Assembly: GCA_963845465.1 (NCBI GenBank)
Contig: CAWJSH010000009.1
Location: 270,196 to 334,195, forward strand
DNA length: 64,000 nt
Reading direction: 5' to 3'
Source of the DNA: an uncultured Acidobacteriota bacterium
GTDB lineage: Bacteria > Acidobacteriota > Terriglobia > Acidiferrales > UBA7541
Shown: piece by piece, positions 39,932 through 50,433 of the stretch
How the letters are laid out: every line of letters begins with the position of its first letter
How positions within the stretch are numbered: the stretch's first letter is position 1
Position numbers and translations under genes: made by a program
The notes under the pieces: generated by a model
The model's database searches: none
Seen by the model: only the letters and a program-made list of their open reading frames with translations
Told to the model about the DNA's origin: nothing

Positions 39932-42547
39932 TTACTTTCGGCTGTTTGAAAAATGCAGCACGATCTTTCGATGCGCGTACTCGCCGGAATTCTCCGCCGG
40001 AAACGCGATTTTGATTTTTTCTTCGCCGAGCTTCGTTGCGATGCGATCGCCGCCTTCGACCGAAGCCAGCACGCTTTGCCCCGACATCAAGCTTTTGCCG
40101 TTGTCGAAGACGCCGATTTCGTACTCGCGGCCGCCTCTGCCGGCAACGTCGAGCGTCAGCGTATCGCGTGCCGCGCTCCACGTTTGCGACACGATACGCA
40201 GTCCTTCACTCGGGCTCCCCAGCGGCGGCAACGTCGCGTCATAGGCAACGCCGATGTTGTCGCGCAGCAAAATCGTGATGACCGCTTTGCTCGAACCCTT
40301 CGTCTGAATCTCGACATGCTGATCGTCGTCGTTCGCCGTGACGTGAAACGGAATCGCTCTGCGACTCGCGGTCGGCCCCGAAGTCACGGAAGCAACGCGC
40401 GCGCGCAAACTGATCGCTGGCTTGAAGACAATGTTGCAAGGCGCGCTGCCGGCGCACTCCGTCTCCAGGACGATCGCTCCTGGCTTCGCGGTGTACGTCA
40501 GGTTCAGCCGCGAATCTCCGGCGCGAATGTTGCGCACAGAGAACGAACTCCAATCGGCAGGAACGTGAGGCGAAAACGTCACGGTGTTCGTCTTCGCGTC
40601 GCTCGAAAGTCCAAGCATTCCGCGCAGAATCGGACTGACCACCATCGCCGCCGACCAGATCTGATGCGGCGAACTCGTCGAGAGAGGTTCGTACACATCG
40701 CCCGACAAAACCTCGGTCACGTGTCCGAGCGAGCCATCAAGCGCGAGCAGCGCATTCGCTCGCAAATTCTCGTAAGCGGGAATCGCGCGGTGATACCGAT
40801 ACTCGCCGACCGACGCCCAGCCCGTGAAAAGCGGCCACACCGAGCCGAAGTGATATCCGCCGCCGCTGAAGCGCGGCGCGCGGTCCGAAATAATGCGCAT
40901 GCCCCAATCGCTCAGATGATCCGAATCCGCGAGCTGCGTGATCGTCGCCGCCGCGTTGTGCTCGTCGAGCAACCCGAACCACATCGGCACCGTCGCGAGC
41001 ACGCTAAGTTCATCCACCGGCTTGCCTTCGCGATCGAGCGCGAACGCATAGCGATTCTTCTCGGGCAGCCAGAACGCCTTTTCGATCAGCGGTTGATGCT
41101 GATCGAATTCCTGCCGCAACGGCCCGCTCAAATCGCCGTGGCCCGTCGCGTCAGCAAGATTCGCAAGCGCGCCGAGCGCGACCGCGCCGAGCCCCGTCTG
41201 ATACAGCTCCGTTTTCACCGGCAGCAACGGTCCGCCTTCGACCCAGCCATGCCCGATGCCGAAATTCTGCGGAAATCCTTGCGCGTCGTACGTCGATTGC
41301 AAAAATTGATACGCCTTCCACAAGCTGTCCCATTTTTGTTTCGCGAAATCGACGTCGCCGCTCTGCACGACGTAATCATTCGTCGCGATGATGTAAAGCG
41401 GCGTCGCATCGGCCGACGCATAGCCGTACTGAAATTTCTTGAACCAATCGACCAGGCTCGCCGTCTGCGAAATTTCGTGTGGGATTTTCCCGTCGTCGCG
41501 CTGAAATTTGCTGACGAAATCGATTGCCGTTCGCGTGTCGGCAAAATCCCCGACGGAATTCAGCGCGAATGAAGTCCACATCGAATCGCGCCCAAAAAAC
41601 CACGCATATCCCGGCCGCGCGCTTTCTCCTGAGGTTCGATAGCCCGCGACCAGTCCGGTGCCGAGATACGGATTCGCCACCATGCCTTGCAACACGCTGA
41701 CGCGCGACCAGTCATACGCTTGCTGCAACTGCTCGTCTGGAAGCGAAACGCTGACTGTGTCTTGCAGATAGTCTTCGTAATATTTCGCGGACTCTTGCTG
41801 AAGCTCTTCGTGGTCCTGGAGCAAGTGTAGATACGTTGCTTCTGCTTCCGCATGCCCGTTCATCGAGCCGGAAATCACGACCAGCTTCTGATCTTTGCCC
41901 TTGTTCGTGACACCAAGGCGAATCGTGTTCGTCTGGGAATCGAAATAGTTTGTGTCGAACTCGAGTCCCGGATCGCCAGCCGCCGTCGGCGACCCGACGA
42001 GCCCGACAAATTTGCGTGTCTCTTCTCCCAACGCGAATGCGTGCAGATTTTTGTCCCAATCGATGAACGTGCCGCCGATCGCCGCCGGCCATTCGAGTTG
42101 AAAATCCCTGATGAAGCGCGCTTCGATTTCCAGCGGTTGCTCGGTCTGAATATCGAACGAAATCACCGCGCCTTGTTCTTTGACCGGAACAAAAAACGTC
42201 TCGCGGACGGTGAACGTATCGCTGCTGTAGACGATCGTCGCCGATTCCGGACGAACAATGATCGTCCGCGCCAGAACCTCGGCAGGAATCGCGTGATCGC
42301 TTTCGTGAAATATCAATCGAAAATCACGCAGCAGTTTCAGCGGATAAATCCACGCTTCCATCTGCCCCGATTCATTCCCAAAAAGCGCCGCTCGCGTGCC
42401 CGTCACGGGCAGAAACTCCCAAGGGCGAATTGGCCGCGAAAGCTCGAGTGAGCGCGGACCGGTCGGAGCCTCTTGTGCCGTCGATGAAGCCGCAAAAATC
42501 ATGAGCGCAGCGATGGCGACAAGGCAAAAACGCGCGTGGAATCGCAT
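39932..42547 (-). CDS. Exported amylo-alpha-1,6-glucosidase-like (alpha/alpha)6 glycoside hydrolase
   Basis: Signal peptide MRFHARFCLVAIAALMIFAASS; AWFFGRDS, GKIPHEI, ADATPLY, GYHFGSVWPLFTG, QIWSAA. Confidence 0.8.
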   Translation of the reverse strand: MRFHARFCLVAIAALMIFAASSTAQEAPTGPRSLELSRPIRPWEFLPVTGTRAALFGNESGQMEAWIYPLKLLRDFRLIFHESDHAIPAEVLARTIIVRPESATIVYSSDTFTVRETFFVPVKEQGAVISFDIQTEQPLEIEARFIRDFQLEWPAAIGGTFIDWDKNLHAFALGEETRKFVGLVGSPTAAGDPGLEFDTNYFDSQTNTIRLGVTNKGKDQKLVVISGSMNGHAEAEATYLHLLQDHEELQQESAKYYEDYLQDTVSVSLPDEQLQQAYDWSRVSVLQGMVANPYLGTGLVAGYRTSGESARPGYAWFFGRDSMWTSFALNSVGDFADTRTAIDFVSKFQRDDGKIPHEISQTASLVDWFKKFQYGYASADATPLYIIATNDYVVQSGDVDFAKQKWDSLWKAYQFLQSTYDAQGFPQNFGIGHGWVEGGPLLPVKTELYQTGLGAVALGALANLADATGHGDLSGPLRQEFDQHQPLIEKAFWLPEKNRYAFALDREGKPVDELSVLATVPMWFGLLDEHNAAATITQLADSDHLSDWGMRIISDRAPRFSGGGYHFGSVWPLFTGWASVGEYRYHRAIPAYENLRANALLALDGSLGHVTEVLSGDVYEPLSTSSPHQIWSAAMVVSPILRGMLGLSSDAKTNTVTFSPHVPADWSSFSVRNIRAGDSRLNLTYTAKPGAIVLETECAGSAPCNIVFKPAISLRARVASVTSGPTASRRAIPFHVTANDDDQHVEIQTKGSSKAVITILLRDNIGVAYDATLPPLGSPSEGLRIVSQTWSAARDTLTLDVAGRGGREYEIGVFDNGKSLMSGQSVLASVEGGDRIATKLGEEKIKIAFPAENSGEYAHRKIVLHFSNSRK

Positions 42548-42780
42548 TCGGTTCGATATGGCCGCACCTTTCAGATTCGCTCTGGGTGAAATGTGCTCGA
42601 ACGATGGGCGGGGAATTTGCATGTCGATCGGCCGCGACTTTGCGGCTGTAGGCATTGAAGATTCACAGCGCGCTTACGTTAAGATACAAAAAGATGCAAA
42701 AGCGCTCCGTTGCTGGGGCGGCGCGCAAGATGGCGAATACGCGGTAGCAGGCACTCGGCACTCACCACCGAACAGCGCCA

Positions 42781-44630
42781 GTGCGGGAAGGTACCACAGA
42801 TTTGTTTCGATCGCGGCGGTCATTCCTTCGCTCGTTGAGCCGGTCCGCGCTCGTTCTCTCCTTTGAAAATGTGATTTCGCTGGCTCGCCCGCTCTTCGGG
42901 CGTGGAAAATTGCAAGCCACCTCACAGGCTCCTGCTGTCCGCGAAATCGGCCGATCTCGGCATCAGCTTCATCAACGTCGCGAAAGAAGCCGGGCTCAAC
43001 GTCAAGACGCTCTTCGGCGGCGAACACAAAAACAAATATCTGCTCGAAACCACCGGCTGCGGCGTCGCTTTCTACGATTACGACAACGACGGCTGGCTCG
43101 ATATCTTTCTCGTGAACGGCTCGCGACTCGAAGGTTTCCCCGCGGGCCAAGCCCCGATGTCGCATCTCTTCAAAAATAATCGCGACGGAACTTTTACCGA
43201 CGTCACCGCGAAAGCCGGAGTCGGCCACGCCGGTTGGGGCCAGGGCGTTTGCATCGGCGATTACGACAACGACGGCTACGAAGATCTTTTCGTCACCTAT
43301 TTCGGCAAAAACATCCTCTATCACAACAATGGAAACGGAACGTTCACCGACGTCAGCGAAAAAGCCGGCGTCGCCGGAAGCGGCAAACGCTGGAACACCG
43401 GCTGCGCGTTCGTCGACTACGATCGCGACGGCAAGCTCGATCTGTTCGTCGCCAACTACATCGATCTCGATCTCGCCACCGCGCCCGTTCCCGAATCGGG
43501 CCCGTGCCTCTACAAAGGCGTGATGGTCGCCTGCGGCCCGCCCGGCTTGAACGGCGGAAAAAATATCCTGTATCACAACAATGGCGACGGCACGTTTTCC
43601 GATGTGAGCGAAGCCGCCGGCCTGTTTCAGGCGAACGGCACCTACGGCCTCGGCGTGCTGACCGCCGATTTCGACAACGACGGCTGGCCCGACATCTACG
43701 TCGCGAACGATTCCACCGCGAGCGCGCTCTATCAAAACAAGCACAACGGAAAATTCGTCGATGTCGCGATGGAATCTGGCTGCGCGCTCAGCGCCGACGG
43801 CAAACCGCAAGCCGGAATGGGCATTTCCGCCGGCGATTACGATCTCGACGGGAATCTCGATATCGTGAAGACGAACTTCGCCGGAGACACTCCGTCGCTC
43901 TATCACAATCTCGGCGGCATGACGTTTGAAGACACGACATTCGCCGCGGGCCTCGGCCGCCACACGCAATATCTTGGCTGGGGTGTCGGATTTTTCGATA
44001 TGGACAACGACGGCTGGCCCGACATTTTGATTTGCAACGGCCACGTTTATCCCGAGGTCGAGCAGCTTCGCACCGAAGCCGGCTATCCGCAGCAGAAATT
44101 GCTCTACAAAAATTTGCGCGACGGCCGATTCGACGATGTCTCGTCTGCAAGGCGGACCAGGAATCACCGCGCCGGTCGCCTCGCGCGGCTGCGCGTTCGG
44201 CGATTTCGACAACGACGGCGATCTCGACGTCGTCGTGAATACCGTCAACGATTTCCCGCAGTTGCTGCGCTGCGATTCCACGACGAAAAATAATTGGCTC
44301 AAAGTGCGAACGATCGGAGTGAAGTCGAATCGCAGCGGCATCGGCGCGCGCCTACGCTGCGTGACGACCGTTTCCGGCGAGCAGAAACCGCATTCGCAGA
44401 TCGACGAAGTCCGCAGCGGCGGCAGCTACATCTCGCAAAACGATCTGCGCATTCACTTCGGCATCGGCAAAGCGGAGAAAGTCGATCTCCTCGAAATTCG
44501 CTGGCCCAGCGGGCAGATCGACACGCTGAAAGACATCAAGGCGAACCAGTTGATTTATGTGAAAGAAGGGCAAGGCATCGATCGGACAATTTCGTTTGAT
44601 AAAACGACGCCATCGAAATCCTCGAAATGA
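42781..44630 (+). CDS. CRTAC1-family / ASPIC-UnbV protein 3, Tat-like signal (SRRSFL), frameshifts ~42900 and ~44150
   Basis: YLLETTGCGVAFYDYDNDGWLD, FG-GAP-like repeats, SGGSYISQNDLRIHFGIG. Confidence 0.88.
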
Positions 44631-44719
44631 ATTTGCCCTCGTGTAGTATCGTTTTTGGCGTTTCGACCGCAACGCGCAACTGAAGCGCCGCAATCCACGG
44701 GCCCCGGAGGATTCTCTCA

Positions 44720-45706
44720 ATGAAGCTGTTTTTCTCGCTCCTCACTGCCTCGCTAGCGATTCTGGTTCTCACGCAAACACAAACTCACGTGCGCGCCGCC
44801 GAAGACAAACCCGATCGCACGATCGCCATCACCATCGACGACCTCCCAGCCGGCGCGGCCAACTCGATGACCGCAGCCGAAATCACGTCGATGACCAAGC
44901 AACTGACCGACACGCTGCGCGATCAAAAAGTTCCCGTCGTCGCGTTTGTCAACGAACGCAAGCTCTACTACAACTGGGACGAAGTGAATGAACGCATCGC
45001 CGCGCTCAACATGTGGCTCGACGCGGGCTTCGAGCTTGGCAATCACACCTACGCGCACACTTCGCTCAACGGGCCCGGCGGCCTGAAAGCCTTTGAAGAC
45101 GGCGTGATCCAGGGCGAAAACGTCACGCGCTTGCTGATGACGCAGCATCACCAGACGCTGCGGTATTTCCGCCACCCGTACCTCGACACCGGCCGCGACC
45201 TGAAAACTCGGCGCGAAGCGGAGCAATTCTTGGTCGAGCGTGGCTATCGCATCGCACCGGTCACGATGGATGCCTGGGACTGGATGTTTGCCGGAATTTA
45301 CGACGATGCAAAAAAACGCGGCGATACCGCGCTCCAGCAACAAGTCGTGAAATCCTATATCGACTACACCGACCAGGTGTTCATTTACTTCGAGAAGCTG
45401 TCACGCAATCTGTTCGGTTATGAACCGAGCCAGATCTTGCTGATGCACGCCAATAACCTGGAAGCGGAACACATCGGCGAAGTGCTCGACTTGTTGCGCA
45501 AGCGCGGTTACAGATTCATTCCGCTGGGCCAGGCGTTGAGTGACGCGGTCTACAGCTTGCCGGACGACTTTGTTGCCGAAGGCGGCGGAAGCTGGATCGA
45601 GCATTGGGCGATCACGATGGGCAAGCCGCCGTTGAGCGAGCCTTCGGCGCCCAAGGACATGCGCGATCGCGCGGCGGCGTTGCCGCATCCGCAGACGCAG
45701 CCGTGA
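44720..45706 (+). CDS. Exported polysaccharide deacetylase (NodB-like)
   Basis: Signal peptide; AITIDD, LGNHTYAH, YFRHPY, ILLMH. Confidence 0.9.
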   Translation: MKLFFSLLTASLAILVLTQTQTHVRAAEDKPDRTIAITIDDLPAGAANSMTAAEITSMTKQLTDTLRDQKVPVVAFVNERKLYYNWDEVNERIAALNMWLDAGFELGNHTYAHTSLNGPGGLKAFEDGVIQGENVTRLLMTQHHQTLRYFRHPYLDTGRDLKTRREAEQFLVERGYRIAPVTMDAWDWMFAGIYDDAKKRGDTALQQQVVKSYIDYTDQVFIYFEKLSRNLFGYEPSQILLMHANNLEAEHIGEVLDLLRKRGYRFIPLGQALSDAVYSLPDDFVAEGGGSWIEHWAITMGKPPLSEPSAPKDMRDRAAALPHPQTQP

Positions 45707-45838
45707 GAATCTTTTGCCACCGCAAACGCAAAACGCCATACGCAAAACGCGAGCATTCTGACGCGGTGACGTAAATCACCGCGCGAGTTCAGCGCTCTAA
45801 AATTTCAGGCCAATCTGGAAAAAATCTGCGGAGGCGAA

Positions 45839-46330
45839 ATGACTCAGAAATATTTTTCTAAGTTTGTGTTGGCAGGACTCTGCGTCGCGACGTTGGTGCT
45901 CGGCACATCGGCGCAGATGCCGAATCCCTACGGCGCGCCGATCACGCTGGAGCAAGCGAAGAAAGTCGCCGCTCCCGCGCTCGCGGAAGCTGCGAAGAAC
46001 AATTGGAACATGGCCGTCGCGATCGTCGACCCGTCTGGAAATCTCGTTTACTACGAAAAGATGGACGCGACGCAACTCGGCAGCGCAAACCTCGCTGTCG
46101 AAAAAGCCCGAACGGCAGCCCTTTTCAAGCGCCCATCGAAAACTTTTCAGGATGCCCTGGCCGGCGGCGGTGATGGCTTGCGTGTGCTAAAAGTTCCCGG
46201 CGCAATTCCAATCGAAGGTGGCCTGCCGCTGATGGTGGACGGAAAAATCGCCGGCGCGATCGGCGTTTCCGGCGGCCAAAGCACGCAGGACGGCCAGTGC
46301 GCCAAAGCCGGCGCCGACGCGATCAAGTAA
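45839..46330 (+). CDS. Exported GlcG/HbpS-family heme-binding protein
   Basis: AVAIVDPSGNL, KARTAALF, GGLPL, GAIGVSGG, DGQCAKAG. Confidence 0.9.
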   Translation: MTQKYFSKFVLAGLCVATLVLGTSAQMPNPYGAPITLEQAKKVAAPALAEAAKNNWNMAVAIVDPSGNLVYYEKMDATQLGSANLAVEKARTAALFKRPSKTFQDALAGGGDGLRVLKVPGAIPIEGGLPLMVDGKIAGAIGVSGGQSTQDGQCAKAGADAIK

Positions 46331-46548
46331 ACTCGCTCCAGTCGGAGTCACACGAACAAATCAATCGCTCGCTTGGCATTCAATGCCCCGCGAGCGATTT
46401 TCATTTTTATCGTCGCTCATCGCGAAAACGCGACGTAGTACGAAATTGAGCCTACCTTCTTCATTAGAACAGGTCGATTCTCCTTGCCTCCCCTTTCGGC
46501 AGCGCTTTTGCGCTCGCAACCCCTTTTGGTACGCCCTGGAGGTTCGGA

Positions 46549-46950
46549 ATGGAACATTTTGTCGAAAAACTCGACCATGACCGCCGTTTGTCTCTTCGCC
46601 ACTCCGTTAGCACAGACTTGCGCGTCCGCATGCGCAAGTTCGACGCGCCGGAGCAACGTGCGCGCTCGGAAAATCTTTCGCAGCGCGGCGTGTTTTTCAC
46701 GACCGACTTGCCGCTTAGCAAAGGCTCGTCACTCGATCTGCTCGTCGAAATGCCCGAGCAGGTCACCGGCGTTCCGTCCGCGCAGTGGCTCTGCACGGGC
46801 CACGTGGTGCGCGTTGTGCCGGCGGAGCAGGAGGGCCAGCGCGGCGTCGGCGTGCAATTTGACTTTTACGAAGTGTCGCGGCCGGAACGGCCGCGGTGGG
46901 CGGTAGGCGCGGGCTTGCGCGGACCGCTGGCGGTGCCCGTCGGCCGGTAA
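46549..46950 (+). CDS. Stand-alone PilZ domain protein
   Basis: RxxxR (RLSLR) and NxSxxG (NLSQRG); GGAGG RBS. Confidence 0.82.
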   Translation: MEHFVEKLDHDRRLSLRHSVSTDLRVRMRKFDAPEQRARSENLSQRGVFFTTDLPLSKGSSLDLLVEMPEQVTGVPSAQWLCTGHVVRVVPAEQEGQRGVGVQFDFYEVSRPERPRWAVGAGLRGPLAVPVGR

Positions 46951-47023
46951 CGGCGTTGAGCCGATGAACCTTGGCTCGCGATTGCCATTTCGAGTTGCTG
47001 CATGAAATTTCTGCCGCGCCACG

Positions 47024-47686
47024 TTGCAACGTCGCGAAGGAGACCCTGTGAATCGAGCGAAAAAGACTTTGCCGCATTCAGTGCAGCCAGCTCCCGTCGT
47101 TGCTTCCAAATCATTTTTGGTGCGCCCGACATCGTTTGTATTTTTCGAGAAAAAATCCGGGGTTCGGCGATTCGACGTCCGCGCCGGCGACGACGGGCGC
47201 ATGCCGACGGAGCAGGCAGCGAGTTTGTTGGCGATTCACTGCGTCGCGCGCCAGCAACAGCCGCGTGATTTCGACGTGATGATCGCGGCGGGAGACGACC
47301 TCGTCGAGGGCATCGTGGGCCGCGCGAATAAATTGATTCGCAGTTGCTCAGGCTTCAAGGTGGCCGGCATGCCTTTGAGCCGGCGTCAGCACGAGGTATT
47401 GGCGGCGATCTCGCAGAATCTCAGCAATAAAGAAATCGCGGCGAGGCTGAACGTGTCGGTGCGCACGGTGAAGTTTCACGTTTCCACGCTGCTGGAAAAA
47501 TTTGAGGTGCGCGGCCGCGTGGACTTGATGCTTGAGGCGGCGGAGTTTTTGCCGATCGAAGGCGTGCACAAACGTCCGCCTGGCAAGGCGGCATCGGCTG
47601 CGGCAGCGGGCGCGTTGTTGCCTTTGGCTCCAGCCGCGGCGCGGCTGCGCATCGCGGAGTCGCTCGACCGTCGCGCGGGAGATTGA
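47024..47686 (+). CDS. LuxR-type HTH regulator with an unrecognised N-terminal domain
   Basis: LSRRQHEVLAAISQNLSNKEIAARLNVSVRTVKFHVSTLL; start may be 47051. Confidence 0.85.
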   Translation: MQRREGDPVNRAKKTLPHSVQPAPVVASKSFLVRPTSFVFFEKKSGVRRFDVRAGDDGRMPTEQAASLLAIHCVARQQQPRDFDVMIAAGDDLVEGIVGRANKLIRSCSGFKVAGMPLSRRQHEVLAAISQNLSNKEIAARLNVSVRTVKFHVSTLLEKFEVRGRVDLMLEAAEFLPIEGVHKRPPGKAASAAAAGALLPLAPAAARLRIAESLDRRAGD

Positions 47687-47689
47687 ACG

Positions 47690-48451
47690 GTGAGCGAAAG
47701 TCTGCTTTCGCCTCATCTTAGACAGGTCATTGAACGCGCACGAAAGCGAGCGAAATCACCGATGCAAAAGCGAGCTTTGATCGTCGATACCGAATCCGAA
47801 ACGTGCGACCTCATCGAAAAAGTGCTGACGTCGGTCGGGATCGACTCGCTCACGCTCAATCGCAGCTCCGAAGCGCCGGAGATTTTGCGCGAAGGAAAAT
47901 TCGCCGTCGCGTTCTTCGCGCTGCGGATGACTTCTCCCGACGGGCCGGAGCTCACGCGGCAAATGCGCGACTCAACATTCAACCGCATGACGCCGGTGGT
48001 TTTGATCAGCGACGATCAGCGGCCGACCGCCGTGTCGCAGGGATTTGAAGCAGGCGCGAGTTTCTTCCTCTACAAGCCGGTCGACAAAGAGCGGCTGCTG
48101 CGGCTGGTGCGTGCGACGCAGGCTTCGGCGGAGCACGAACGCCGGCGAACGCGGCGGGTTCCAGTGAAGTCGCGCGTGTCGCTGTCACACGGCTCGCAAC
48201 AGATCGACGGCGAGAGCGTGGACGTCAGCATGGAAGGCGTGCTGGTCAAAGCGACGAAGGCGTTTCCCGTCGGCTCATCCGTCAATGTCGCGATGCATTT
48301 GTCCCAGGGCATGCGACCGGTTGTCGGCGCTGGTTGTGTTGTGCGGCTAAGCGCGGGGAATCAGATGGGGATTCATCTCGGGCGTCTGGAAATGGCGGAG
48401 AGCCAGCGCTTACAGGAGTTTTTGCTGCCGCTTATTCCCGGTGTGAAGTGA
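47690..48451 (+). CDS. Atypical receiver domain + PilZ domain protein
   Basis: REC-like LIVD...FFALRMTSPDG...FFLYKP; PilZ motifs RRTRR and DVSMEG. Confidence 0.82.
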   Translation: MSESLLSPHLRQVIERARKRAKSPMQKRALIVDTESETCDLIEKVLTSVGIDSLTLNRSSEAPEILREGKFAVAFFALRMTSPDGPELTRQMRDSTFNRMTPVVLISDDQRPTAVSQGFEAGASFFLYKPVDKERLLRLVRATQASAEHERRRTRRVPVKSRVSLSHGSQQIDGESVDVSMEGVLVKATKAFPVGSSVNVAMHLSQGMRPVVGAGCVVRLSAGNQMGIHLGRLEMAESQRLQEFLLPLIPGVK

Positions 48452-48496
48452 AATTCTATGAAGTGAATTGCGCGAATTGTATTGAGCGAAGTTAAA

Positions 48497-50338
48497 CTAT
48501 TTCACCGCGATTCCAGTTCCTTCTTTAATCTCGTTGAATTTGTCGATCGAAATCTTTGAAAAATTCTCGACGAGCCCGCTCGGCCACCGCACCTCGACGG
48601 AATCGATCTTCGTCGCCGCGCCCAGTCCGAAGTGAACGCGCATGTCGTTGTTGGAAATGAAGCTCGAACCGCTGCGAACTTCATCAACCAACACTCTTCC
48701 ACCGGCTTTCACTTTGATTCGCGCCCCGATCGCATCGCGCGTCGATCGCAAAGTTTGCGATTGCGCCGGCTGCGTTGTCGAATTCTCCGCATTCGATTTC
48801 GGCGCATACGCTCCCGTCAGATGAAACGCCACCCAATGATTCGGCGTGCGAACCTGATTCACAAGCAAACTCGGCGCCGCGTTCATATTGCTCACGACGG
48901 CCGAAAGCTTCCCGTCGTTCCACAAATCGCCGATCGCCAGCCCGCGCGATGAGCTCGCGTTCGTGATCCCCGGCCCCGCGCTCGCAGAAATATCGGCAAA
49001 CGTCCCGTTGCCGTTGTTGTGATACAGAATTCGCGGCTCCTGAAAATTGCTACCGAGATGCTGCGTATCCACCTCGGGATACACGTGGCCGTTCACCAGA
49101 ATCAGATCGGGCCAGCCGTCGTTGTCGAAATCGAAAAACATCGTGCCCCAACCGAGATATTGCGTGTGCAGTCCGAGTCCAGCGGCGAAAGTGACGTCGT
49201 CAAAAGTTCCGTCGCCATTGTTGCGATAGAGTGTCGCGGTATCGTCGGAAAAATTTGTCTTAAAAATGTCCAGACGACCATCGCCGTTAAAGTCCGCGGT
49301 GGTCGATCCCATGCCGGCCTGCGCGTGTCCGTCCTCGTTGAACGCTGCGCCCGCGGTCACCGCTACATCTTTAAATGTCCCGTCGTGATTGTTGTGATAG
49401 AGGATGCTCGCCGTCGAATCGCACGCCACATAAATATCGGGCCAGCCGTCGTCGTCATAATCGAGCGTCGTCACGCTGAAGCCGTACGCCGCGCTGGTCT
49501 TGTCGATCTGCGCTTTTTTCGTGACGTCTTCAAACGTCCCGTCGCCGCGATTGTGATAAAGAATATTGCTCGCGGTCGGCAATCCTTGCGGGCCGCACAT
49601 CACGGGCACACCCTTCCACAAACAATTCACGCGTTCGCCCGGCGCCGGCGTGCTCGCCAGATCGAAATCGACGTAGTTCGCGACCATCAAGTCGAGATGG
49701 CCGTCGCGGTCGTAATCGACGAACGCGCAGCCCGTGCCCCACGCCTTGCCTGTGCCGGCGACCCCGGCCTTTTCGCTGACGTCGGTAAACGTCCCGTCCC
49801 CGTTGTTGTGATACAGCACATTTTTGCCGTAGTAGGTGACGAACATGTCGGGCCAGCCGTCGTTGTCGTAATCGCCGACGCACACGCCCTGTCCCCAACC
49901 GGTATGGACGAGGCCGGCTTTGCGCGTGATGTCGGTGAACGTGCCGTCGTGATTGTTGTGATAGAGATGATTCGACGGCGCCGCGCCATCAGCGCTCTTG
50001 CCGCCGTTTGCGGCCGGCGCTTTTTCGTCGAGCTTCGTTCCATTCACGATGAAAATGTCCGGCCAGCCGTCGTTATCGGCGTCAAAAATCGCCACGCCCG
50101 TCCCCGTCGTCTCGATGATGTATTTTTTCGTCGCGACGCCGCCGAACGTATTCACCATCGTCAGCCCAGCTTTTTTCGCAACGTCTATAAAGTAAGCGAG
50201 AGGTTTCGACGGCTGTTTCTGTTCCGCGTTTTGATGCGTCTCGGCCGCCAGAGCCGCACACGCGAAACACAACATCGCGAAAAAGATGCGAGACCAGCGC
50301 GCAACTCCGCGCCTTCGGCGACGATCGGCACTTTCCAT
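48497..50338 (-). CDS. CRTAC1-family / ASPIC-UnbV protein 4
   Basis: Arg-rich signal peptide; YIIETTGTGVAIFDADNDGWPD; SGSSFISNNDMRVHFGLG. Confidence 0.92.
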   Translation of the reverse strand: MESADRRRRRGVARWSRIFFAMLCFACAALAAETHQNAEQKQPSKPLAYFIDVAKKAGLTMVNTFGGVATKKYIIETTGTGVAIFDADNDGWPDIFIVNGTKLDEKAPAANGGKSADGAAPSNHLYHNNHDGTFTDITRKAGLVHTGWGQGVCVGDYDNDGWPDMFVTYYGKNVLYHNNGDGTFTDVSEKAGVAGTGKAWGTGCAFVDYDRDGHLDLMVANYVDFDLASTPAPGERVNCLWKGVPVMCGPQGLPTASNILYHNRGDGTFEDVTKKAQIDKTSAAYGFSVTTLDYDDDGWPDIYVACDSTASILYHNNHDGTFKDVAVTAGAAFNEDGHAQAGMGSTTADFNGDGRLDIFKTNFSDDTATLYRNNGDGTFDDVTFAAGLGLHTQYLGWGTMFFDFDNDGWPDLILVNGHVYPEVDTQHLGSNFQEPRILYHNNGNGTFADISASAGPGITNASSSRGLAIGDLWNDGKLSAVVSNMNAAPSLLVNQVRTPNHWVAFHLTGAYAPKSNAENSTTQPAQSQTLRSTRDAIGARIKVKAGGRVLVDEVRSGSSFISNNDMRVHFGLGAATKIDSVEVRWPSGLVENFSKISIDKFNEIKEGTGIAVK

Positions 50339-50433
50339 GTCGTCGTTCGATGGTAGGTGCGCAGCTTGACCCGGTCAAGACAGTCGCTCGGCGAGACGCT
50401 CGCGGAGTCCGCCTTGCGTGTTACGATTTTTGG

